Notes under the pieces: generated by a model | Told to the model about the DNA's origin: nothing | The model's database searches: none | The model's input: only the letters and a program-made list of their open reading frames with translations | Source: Bacillota bacterium | Lineage (GTDB): Bacteria > Bacillota > DULZ01 | NCBI GenBank assembly: GCA_050951405.1 | Contig: JBMNIZ010000016.1 | Span: 65,544 to 129,543 of the forward strand | DNA length: 64,000 bases | Direction of reading: 5' to 3' | Position numbers and translations under genes: made by a program | Shown: one piece after another, positions 9,189-18,497 of the stretch | Position numbering within the stretch: position 1 is the stretch's first letter | Layout of the letters: each line of letters begins with the position of its first letter

Positions 9189-10559
9189 GTGTCAGAACCC
9201 CTGTTTTCTCTCGTCTCTGTACTAAAAAATTCGAAAGGAGAGGAAAAATTGAGCCCTGAACTGATCACCGTATTAATGTTTGCCTGTCTTTTTATCAGCT
9301 TATTCATGGGCCTACCTGTGGCTCTCGGCCTGGGCGGTACCGCAGTTTTATTTGCCGCATTGATGAGCCCTCATACTTTACTTGCTGCTCCCAGCGCGTT
9401 TTTCTATACTCCCTGGCAGCATGTTCTGGTGACGATTCCCTTATTTCTGTTTATGGGGAATCTGATCAGATATTCAGGTATCGCTGAAGCTGCCTATGAT
9501 GCGGCATATAAATTAATCGGCCACCTACCTGGTGGATTAGCCATGGGTACAGTAGCAGTCTGCACTCTTTTTGCTGCCGTCACTGGGATCACTCCCCCGG
9601 CTACCATTACCATGGGGCAAATTGCTTACCCCTCCATGATGAAGTATAAATATCACAGAGGGATAGCCATCGGTGCCATCGGTGCAGGTGGAGCCTTGGG
9701 TGCCCTTATTCCTCCCAGTGTACCCTTTATATTTTACGGTCTTTTAGCTAAAGAATCCATAGGGGCTCTTTTCTTGGGGGGGATCGTACCGGGATTGCTT
9801 CTGGCCTTCTTATACATGGCATATATTGGTATCAGGTGCAAAATACAGCCTCATATGGGACCGGCCTTACCTCCAGATGAAAGATTTACTTTGAAAGAAA
9901 AAGTCACGTCCCTGCTAGCTATCTGGCCCTTCATTGTTCTCATTATCGTTGTATTAGGGGTCATCTGGCTCGGTGTGGCTACTCCCGCTGAAGCAGCCGC
10001 TTTCGGCGCTGCCGGCGCTCTTCTCATTAACCTCATTTATCGCAGGCTTACCTGGGAAATATTTAAAACTTCCATTTCCACCACAGTAAAACTGGTGGGA
10101 ATGGGATTCTGGATCCTGATCGGCGCCAATCTGTTTGTGAACGTCTTCAGCGCCTTGGGCTGTCAGGACGTTGTTACCTCCACTGTTCTGGGCATGCCCG
10201 GCGGTAATATGGGTGTCATTATTATGATGATGATCGTCATCATGATTTTAGGCATGGTGATGGATGACTGGGCTATTATCATGCTGGTCACTCCCCTGTA
10301 TGTACCCATCCTCCACGAGCTCGGCATCTCCACCCTCTGGTTCGGTATACTATTCATTGTTAATATTCAGATCGCTTACCTGTCACCGCCATTCGGTTTT
10401 GTTTTGTTCTGGATTAAGAGCATATTACCCAAGGATGTCACCATGGGGGATGTTTATTTATCGGTCTTCCCGTTCATTATCCTGCAAATCATCGGTTTAT
10501 CTTTGTTAATCATTTTCCCGGAAATCGGTTTATGGCTACCTAGTACGATGCTTAAATAG
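9189..10559 (+). CDS. dctM: TRAP transporter large permease subunit (DctM family), 456 aa as given; the real start may be an internal Met
   Basis: Polytopic membrane protein with a DctM-like sequence (GLPVALGLGGTAVLFAALM...); followed by dctP and dctQ. Confidence 0.8.
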   Translation: MSEPLFSLVSVLKNSKGEEKLSPELITVLMFACLFISLFMGLPVALGLGGTAVLFAALMSPHTLLAAPSAFFYTPWQHVLVTIPLFLFMGNLIRYSGIAEAAYDAAYKLIGHLPGGLAMGTVAVCTLFAAVTGITPPATITMGQIAYPSMMKYKYHRGIAIGAIGAGGALGALIPPSVPFIFYGLLAKESIGALFLGGIVPGLLLAFLYMAYIGIRCKIQPHMGPALPPDERFTLKEKVTSLLAIWPFIVLIIVVLGVIWLGVATPAEAAAFGAAGALLINLIYRRLTWEIFKTSISTTVKLVGMGFWILIGANLFVNVFSALGCQDVVTSTVLGMPGGNMGVIIMMMIVIMILGMVMDDWAIIMLVTPLYVPILHELGISTLWFGILFIVNIQIAYLSPPFGFVLFWIKSILPKDVTMGDVYLSVFPFIILQIIGLSLLIIFPEIGLWLPSTMLK

Positions 10560-10594
10560 ACGGATTGCTTGACTTATTGCCCATGCTCAGGACC

Positions 10595-10654
10595 TCTGTT
10601 TATTTCACTATACTTCATACCAAGTCTGTTTATTTCACTATACTTCATACCAAG
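10595..10654. repeat. Perfect 30-bp tandem duplication (tctgtttatttcactatacttcataccaag x2), ~95 bp upstream of dctP
   Basis: Read directly from the sequence. Confidence 0.9.
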
Positions 10655-10749
10655 ATGGAATAATACACCAAAGGAGGTGTTTATAAACGATAATTGTTGT
10701 ACAGTACCTCTGTAAACGAAAGTATTATCAAGGGAAAGGGGTATGAGTA

Positions 10750-11865
10750 ATGAGAAAACATTTGACCTTGTTACTTGCAGTGCTGCTGGTATTCTGCGTT
10801 ATCGCTGTGGTTGGCTGTGGTGGGGGCTCAAAACCACCGGCAGAAGAACCCAAAGGAAATGGTGCCGAAGCTGAATATGGGCCTCCGGATACGGTAACCA
10901 AGTGGGTCTTCCAGCCCTGCTTTGATTCAGGAGACGCGGGCTGGGCCAAAGGTGTAGTGCCCTGGATTGAAGAGGTGGAAAAAGTAACCGAAGGCACGGT
11001 TCAAATTGAGTTGCTGGCTGCCGGCTCCATTACCAGTGGAGACGAAGCCTTTGGTGCCTGTTCTGCCGGGATGATCGATGTTTATGCCGGCTGGGCCACT
11101 GTCTATGGTGGAGACATGCCTGAAGGGATGTTGGCCTATGGATTGGCCATGGGTGCCGATACTCCGGAAGAAGCCTGGGAAGCCATGTGGGGAGATCCCA
11201 AATATCGAATCGGAGAAATTGTGCAAGAAGCCGCCCACGAGCATAATGTCCACTGGATAGGCTGGACCTGCCAAGGGCCCAATTCCGTTTTCTCAAACTT
11301 CCCCATCCGTCGCCTGGAGGATTTCGCCGGGCATAAACTTAGAGCCGGCGGCCCGCAAGCCATCTTCCTGCAAGCCATGGGGGGCACACCCGTCTCCCTG
11401 CCTGCCAGTGAAATTTACATGTCTATCACTCTAGGCACCATCGAAGGGACCCTCTGGGACTACTGCCGGCTATGCCGTGATATGAAGTATCACGAAGTAA
11501 TGTCAAATATGCCATGCTGCCCGGCTGGTGCCCCACCCAACACCAGGAGATCTACGTCAATCTGGACAAGTGGAATGCACTGAATGACTGGCAGAGAGAT
11601 CGGATCAGCGAAGTCTTCGAGCCCAATTACTTCAAAACCAGCCAGACTGCATGCTGATGGCGTTGAGGCCGCCATCCAGGCCTTGCAGGACCAGCGGCGG
11701 TGAGGTGATCACTCTGTCTGACGAAGAGGTGGAAAGGATGCGTGTCAAAGCCATAGAAGAAATATGGCCCAAGGTCGCCGCATTCCTCAGAACGCTGTAC
11801 CCGGGGTGTTGAACTGTGGAAACAATTCCTCCAGGATAAAGGAAAAATATAAGATAGAATAGTAT
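10750..11865 (+). CDS. dctP: TRAP transporter substrate-binding lipoprotein (DctP family); reading frame broken at least three times between ~11470 and 11820 (pseudogene or assembly errors)
   Basis: Lipoprotein signal LLAVLLVFCVIAVVGCGG and a DctP-like body; the C-terminal segments (...YAMLPGWCPTQHQEIYVNLDKWNALNDWQRD..., ...GEVITLSDEEVERMRVKAIEEIWPKVAAFL..., ...ELWKQFLQDKGKI*) are in three different frames. Confidence 0.7.
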
Positions 11866-11893
11866 ACGATCAGAAGGGGGCGTATTGGGCACG

Positions 11894-12408
11894 ATGGGGG
11901 TCTGGACCAAGGTTGAGCGGCTGATTGATTCCCTTAGCCGAATTATTGGGCAGAATAGGTTGGCTTGATCGTGATTTACAGTCTGGTCTTCGGACTGACA
12001 GACGTGATCCTGCGCTACTTTCTCAACCGGCCCTCCCTGTGGATCTCTGTCACCGTACAGTATGCCATGGTGTTGCTGGCGTGCGTATCCGGGGCATACG
12101 CCCTCAACCACGATGCTTTTGTGAAGCTGGACCTTTTCTATGCTCGTTTTTCGCCGCGGACTCAAGGCAATCTGCGACATATTGACCTTCTCTCTTTACG
12201 TTGCTATACTTGTCTGTGCTCATCTGGAAGGGAATGCAAGCAGCCGCCCATTCCATTGCCATACGCCAGAGTGACACCAACGGCCATTCCCATACCTCTT
12301 TATCATCTCAAATCCTTCATACCTGTAGGAGCATTCTTTACACTTCTGGTAGCTATTAAGAAACTGGTTCAGGACTTCCAGATCTTAATTAAAGGTAGTG
12401 CAAACTAA
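11894..12408 (+). CDS. dctQ: TRAP transporter small permease (DctQ family), frame-disrupted (N-terminal MGVWTKVERLIDSLSRIIGQ in another frame)
   Basis: Translation fragments in two frames match the DctQ topology and N-terminus. Confidence 0.6.
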
Positions 12409-12451
12409 AAGCTACCTGAGTGTAACAACATGACGGGCACCCCCTTCATTA

Positions 12452-12487
12452 TAAAAACCCCCCAGGTTGTACCTGGGGGGTTTTTCA
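12452..12487. terminator. Bidirectional intrinsic terminator between convergent dctQ and the M20 gene (aaaaaccccccagg-ttgta-cctggggggttttt)
   Basis: Perfect 9-bp GC stem flanked by A5 and T5. Confidence 0.85.
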
Positions 12488-12510
12488 ACTAAAGATCACT
12501 AGATGATTCC

Positions 12511-13646
12511 CTATCCTTCCCAATTGAGCATAGTGGCCAAATAGATCTGGGAAGCTTTCAAAAGCTCATCTAATGATACTCTTTCATTTTCCTTATAAAC
12601 ATTGTCTTGGAGTTTTCCCGGCCCAAAAATAACTCCTTTAATTCCACGTCTTCTGTACACTGTGCATTCAGCCGTTCCAATATAACCGGAATATGTTACC
12701 GGAATCCCTACTTGAGAGCAGGATTGGGCCACTGTCCGGACAATTTTATCATCACGGCATATTTCCCAAGGTTCTCTTCTCTCCAGTTCGTTGATCTCCG
12801 CCTGAAAATCGGGGATTTCATTTTTCAGACATCGAAATATATTCTCCATCTCCTGCCAGATGCAATCAGGGGTCTGACCCGGTACCAATCGCACATCCAC
12901 ATTGAGAGTACAATGGTCCGGGATGACTCCCCAAGCTTCTCCGCCGTGGATCATGGTGGTTTGCCAAAAAGTTTCTCCCAGGACCGGGTGTTTTTGGAGA
13001 GAAAAAGAGTGCTCCTCCATCTTATTCATTAGCTTCAAGGCTCTGTGGATGGCATTGACCCCGGCCCCTTTCACAGAAGCATGAGCCGTCTGCCCAAACA
13101 CGGTGACTTCCGCCCACATGCGACCTTTACTGCAGATCTGCACTTCCAGATTGGTAGGTTCGCAGCAAATCGCCCTTTCCACATCAGAGATGAAAGAACT
13201 CTCTGCCAACTTCTTTGCTCCCATCATTAAGTTTTCTTCATCAACCGTAGCCGCTAAGATGATGTCACCTTTGGGCCTGACTTTGTTGGCAGCAAGAGTG
13301 CCCATGGCCACCATCACAGAAGCCAACCCGCCCTTGGCATCGGCGGCCCCTCTGCCATACAGAAATCCGTTGCTGATTTCACCCGAAAAAGGGCCATAGT
13401 CCCAGCGTTTAGCCTCATAAGAGCTGACGGGGACCACATCCATATGGCTGGAAAACAAGATAGAGGAGGAGCCTCGCCCTTCTCCCGGTAACCGGGCCAC
13501 AACATTATACCTTCCGGGAAGCACTTCTTGCGATGAACAGTCTCAATGCCCTTGGCTCTCCATATAACTCCGCACATATTCGGCCCACTTCCGCTCTCAT
13601 TGCCGGGGGGGTTGATGCTGGGCATTCGCACCAATTGCCGGGCCAC
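12511..13646 (-). CDS. M20A-family metallo-amidohydrolase (ArgE/DapE/N-acyl-amino-acid deacylase type); one frameshift near 13520-13560
   Basis: Motifs SSHMDVVPV, GRGAADAKGG and EENLMMGAKKL plus a dimerisation domain; the N-terminus (MARQLVRMPSINPPGNESG) is in an overlapping ORF. Confidence 0.75.
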
Positions 13647-13936
13647 CTGCAGTCAGAGTCATCGATATTGATTAGATCAATGATAGCTATTGTCACCACT
13701 CTTCAAAAGCGCCATCATGCAAGATCTCCTCGCTGCTTTCTGCAAAACATGACGATCGAACCTGAAAAGATAGAGAAAATTCCTGAGAATAAGTCAGGAA
13801 ACCCTTTTAAAAAATTATGCGAAGTAAAAACACGTGAAATGACCAAAGCAACACCCTCTAGTGCCCCGGGGAACAGGTATGCAAAACCCGGCGCTATAAT
13901 GCAGCTCTTGGTCGATTCAGAACATATCAACCAATT

Positions 13937-14008
13937 CATGTGGGAGCACCCTCCCTTGAGTCCAGATCTACCAGCTAGTAGATTGACAAAGGGAGGGGCT
14001 CCCACATG
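13937..14008. repeat. 21-bp inverted repeat (catgtgggagcaccctccctt ... aagggaggggctcccacatg) with a 30-bp spacer, in the ~470-bp gap between xsc and the M20 gene
   Basis: Read from the sequence; one indel or mismatch between the arms. Confidence 0.8.
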
Positions 14009-14115
14009 AAAACATACGGAACCCCGCTAGAAGTCAACTTGAGCAATTTTGATGCCTGGTCCCGAGCATTTATTGATTCGTCCGCGAGCTGCCTCATCTT
14101 CCCTTACGCCTGCTC

Positions 14116-15851
14116 TTACCAGTTCCGGTGATCCAAGTGGGCATACTTGGGCAGCAAGCGGGTGGGCAAAGCCAGGGCGTCTTTCCGGAAGGGAGGCGCC
14201 AGCATGCTCCCGTCTACCATGAATTCCAGCACCACCGGCACTTCCGAACGTGAAGGCTTCGTCCAAGTGCGTCCTTGATGTTCTCCGGCTTGTCGAATCT
14301 GAATGCCTTTGGCGCCCATGACTTCCGCAACCTTGGCCCAGCTGGGGGCTTTGATGTCCGCTCCCACAAAACGGTTGTTGTAGAAGTCGACCTGGTTTTT
14401 CTTTTCCGCTCGCCCAGGCCCCGTTGTTGAAGACGCAGGCAATGACGGGCAGGTTCTGCTCGACGGCGGTCATGACTTCGTAGAAGCTCATCCCCCAGGC
14501 CCCGTCACCCACAATGGCCAGGACCGGGCTTTCGGGGCTGCCCAGTTTGGCGCCCAAGGCCGCCTGTATAGGCAAAGCCCGTGTTCCCGAAGGTCAGGCA
14601 GGCAATGTGTTTTTTGGGCTGGGTGAATCTCAGGTAGCTATTGGCTGTGGAAGAAACGTTACCGATATCGGTGGTAACGATGGTGTCCTTGGGCATGAAG
14701 TTGGCTATTTCGTAGAGTGCTCTTCTGGGGTTAATAGGGTTACCATCTTTTAGAGCCAGTTCTTTGATTTCTTGGTCCCAGGCTTGTTGTTTTTCTTTGA
14801 TTTTAGCCATTTTTTCCTGGTCTACTGGTCTTTGTTCTTTGGCTTTTAGGATGTTTAAGATTTCTTGAGAGGCTATTTTGGCGTCTCCTACGATGCCCAC
14901 TTCTACCGGGTGTCTTCTGCCGATCTGGGTAGGGTTGATGTCGATCTGGATGATTTTTTGGTTACCGGTAAAGTAGGTGATGTCGTATTGGGGCAGGGTA
15001 CCAAAGACTGAGAGTCTGGTACCGATAGCAAAGATCACGTCTGCTTCTTTGATGGAGTTCATGGCTCCTTTGGAGCCCATGTAGCCGATGGGTCCCACCC
15101 AGTAGGGGCTATCGCTGGGGAAGGCATCGTTATGCAGGTAGGATACGGCTACCGGGGCAGTCAAATACTCCGCCAGTTGGGCAATCACGTGGATGGCACC
15201 TGCGTCTACTGCTCCTCTTCCGGAGAGGATGGCCGGGTTTTTGGCTTCGGACAGTATTTTTGCTGCTCTTTCAAGGATTTCTTTATCCGGTGTTTGTTTG
15301 GTGGTGGCCCGGTATTTTTCCGGTGGCAGGATCTCGTCTTCCAGTTCGCCGTAGAAGTAGTCCCTGGGGATGTCCAGATAGACGGGCCCTCTTTGGGCGT
15401 AGGCGATCCGGAAGGCGGTCCTGACACAGTCTGCCGCCCGGCTGGGGTGCGGTACTCTGAAGGCTGCTTTGGTGACTGGTTTGAAGATGGACACCTGGTC
15501 CGCTTCCTGGAAGCCGTCCCAGCCCACGGTGGCGCTGCCGGCCGAGGGGCCTAAAATGACCATGGGGGTGTGGGCATGGTAGGCGGTGGCCACGCTGGTG
15601 ACCAGGTTGGTGATGCCGGGGCCGTTTTGGCCGGTGCAGACGCCGATTTTGCCGCTCACCCGGCCGTAGGCGTCCATCATGTGGCCGGCGGTGTGTTCAT
15701 CGCGCACCGGGATGAATTTGATGCCGGCGGCGGGAAACAGGTCCAGCATGTCCATGAAGGCTGAGCCCACGATCCCGGCGCAGTATTCCACTCCTTCTGC
15801 TACCAGTTGTTCCACGATGGCTTCGCTGGGGGTCATTTTTACTTTTGCCAT
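14116..15851 (-). CDS. xsc: Sulfoacetaldehyde acetyltransferase (TPP-dependent, Xsc); frameshifted at least twice in the 14400-14600 region
   Basis: TPP-enzyme N-terminus ([34 protein letters not shown]...GQNGPGITN), DGAWGM motif and C-terminal [18 protein letters not shown], which match my recollection of Xsc more closely than acetolactate synthase. Confidence 0.65.
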
Positions 15852-15933
15852 TTGTCGGCCTCCTATTAAGTTTTTATTGTCTATGGTCTATGCCAAAGAT
15901 ACCTTGGCTCCAGGGGCAGCTGCTATCGAAAGC

Positions 15934-17316
15934 TACTGATTCTTTTCCAGTGCCGCCCGCACTGCGCTGGCAATCTGATCGATTTCTTCTTTCGTAACAA
16001 CCAGGGCAGGGGCAAAACCCACCACATTATTTAAGCCCGGTATACTTCGGTTGGTTTTGCCGATCACCACCCCTTCTTCTTTCGTTCGCTGCCACAATCT
16101 TATTCACGTACTCTTCGCTGGCGGGAGCTTTGGTCTTTTTGTCTGCTACCAGCTCTATGCCGGCAAACAATCCTCTACCCCTTACTTCTCCCACGGTGGG
16201 GAAGCTTTCCAGTTCCTTGAGGCTTTGCAACATATATGCGCCCATTTCTTTACTTCTGTCGCAGAGTTTTTCTTCTTCAATAATCCGGATATTTTCCAAA
16301 GCTGCCGCCGCTCCACCTGCACATCCCCCGTAGGTGCTGATGTCGCGGAAGTAGGCCAGTTTGTCTTTCGGTTCGTTCAAAAACTGTTTGAAGATTTCTT
16401 CTTTGGCCATGGTAGCTGAAATGGGTACGTAGGAACTGGCCAACCCTTTGGCCATGGTGATCATATCCGGATCCACGTCATAATGCAGGTGTCCAAACCA
16501 TTTTCCTGTCCGACCAAATCCGTTGACCACTTCATCCAGAATCAGCAGCACTTCATATTTCCTGCAGATTTCTTGGATGACAGGCAGATATTCATCCACT
16601 GGGACGATCATGCCGCCCCCTGCGGTCATGGGTTCCAGGATTACTGCTGCAACTGTGTCCGGATCTTCTTTTTTAATGATATCTTCTAAAGCATGGGCAC
16701 ATTCCAGGTCGCAGCCGGGATAAGACTTACCAAAGTGGCACCGGTAGCAAAGACAGTGGGGCATCTCCACAAAGCCGGGTGCCAGCGGCTCATAGTGAGC
16801 TTTCCTTTCCTGTTGGCCTGAAGCGCTCAAGGTGGCCAGGGTTGTGCCGTGGTAATCCCGATGTCGATAGATTATCTTATACTTGGTGTTTTTGTCTCCA
16901 TACTTCAGTTTAAAATACTGCCTGCTCATTTTAAAGGCTTTTTCATTGGCTTCAGAACCGCTGTTGGAAAAATACACCCTTTGCAGCCTAGGAAGCAATT
17001 CAGTCAGTTTATCTGCCAGCTTGATGGTGGGGATATTAGCTAAAGAAAGTGCATAATAGGGCATATTCTTCAACTGTTCATAAACAACTTTTGCTATACT
17101 TTCCCTGCCATAACCCACATTGACGCACCATACTCCTCCGGCTACCGCATCCAAATACTCTTTTCCCGTACTGTCTTTCAGGATACAGCCATTCCCTTCA
17201 ATCATGATGGGAGGCGCCTGCTTCTGAAAAACGCTGTGTTGGGTTAAATGATGCCACAGGTGCTCTAGGTCTTTCTGCTGGAGCTGCTTCAAGTCATTGG
17301 TTGCCTTATTCTCCAT
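15934..17316 (-). CDS. tpa: Class-III (omega) aminotransferase, probably taurine:pyruvate aminotransferase; one frameshift near 16040
   Basis: PLP fold class III sequence; sits immediately upstream of xsc as in known taurine-degradation loci; the true C-terminus (...PGLNNVVGFAPALVVTKEEIDQIASAVRAALEKNQ*) is in another frame. Confidence 0.6.
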
Positions 17317-17651
17317 TCGGGTTAACCTCCTTTATTTTTTTCTTCCCAGCCATGCAGCCCCATCATGGCTTGCCGCGCCACCACAAAATACTGCATAGAT
17401 GAGGAAGTTAAGTTTACTGTACCATGATTGGAAATAGTAGGCTTAATAAAAGGATTTAGTATTTTTTATGAAATCTTTGGAGCTTAAACCGTTCTTATAT
17501 TATCTTTGGCATTATTATTAAAATCCTTGGAACTTTCCTCAAAGAAAAAAGCCGTGCCGCTTAAACCGAAGCACCACAGCTTTTCATTTCAGTTTGTACA
17601 TTATCCGGTTATAACCATAGGAGCGGAAAACAGAGAAAGCGGTGGATTTTT

Positions 17652-18417
17652 ATTTCCATTGAGAAAATTGCCTGCGATACTCAGAGGGACAAATACCCAA
17701 ATTTTTTTTAAAGACAGCAGTCAAATAACTATTGTTACTCAATCCTACCCGGCTGGCAATTTCATCTACGGAATCATTGGTTGACAACAGCAGTTCCTTT
17801 GCCTTGGCAATTCTTACCTCGGTTATGTACTCGGTAATGCCTTGGCCAGTCGTTTTTTTGAAAACAGTGCTGATGTAAGAAGGGTTATAATAGAGAAGCT
17901 CTGCAAAGGTATTGCAAGGTTAGTCTTTGATCGTAATTTTCTAGGATGAATTTCTTGATTTTGCGCACAGTATCATTTTCCTGCTCTCCGGTCACCGCAT
18001 CCTGGGGATGGCCGTGGAGCACCTCTTCTTCTCCATTTCTTTTCTCTTCAATAAAGTCAATCACGCGCTGTATAGATGCTACTAACTCTTGTGGACGGAC
18101 AGGTTTTAGAAGATAGTCGGCAGCTCTTAGTTTCAGGCTGAATTGGAATAGGAAAAACTGCTATAGGCCGTTATAAATATCACTTCCACCCTTTGGTCCA
18201 TTTCTTTAATTGTTTTCACAGCATCCAGACCATTCATTCCCGGCATTTTAATATCGATAAGAATAATCTCCGCCCTGGTCGTACTGAACAATTTTATCGC
18301 TTCATACCCATCAGCAGCCTCCCCCACGATTTTTACCGGCAATTGGCTGTCACAAATCTGCTTGTACAAGACCTGTCTTTCCAGCTCTTCATCCTCTACG
18401 ATCAGGAGCTTGTACAT
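17652..18417 (-). CDS. Two-component response regulator, CheY-like receiver plus AraC-type HTH output (YesN-like); at least two frameshifts
   Basis: REC domain (LLIVEDEELE...ILIDIKMPGMNGLD...) and AraC HTH (...ITEYITEVRIAKAKELLLSTNDSVDEIASRVGLSNNSYLTAVFKK...EYRRQFSQWK*). Confidence 0.7.
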
Positions 18418-18497
18418 GAAATACCTGCCGCCTCCTTTCAACAATCAAGTAATATTGTCAGGCCGTTACTCCCCGAAAACAACCGGCCGTGATGATC

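Noticed and set aside
13533-14009. 158-aa plus-strand ORF and 96-aa minus-strand ORF in the xsc-M20 gap
   Set aside because: No recognisable domains, and they overlap the inverted repeat; kept only as a note within the finding on this gap
14027-15851. Annotating the TPP enzyme as acetolactate synthase (ilvB)
   Set aside because: There is no ilvN/ilvC context; the C-terminal [13 protein letters not shown] motif and the immediate tpa neighbour fit Xsc better; residual uncertainty is stated in the findings
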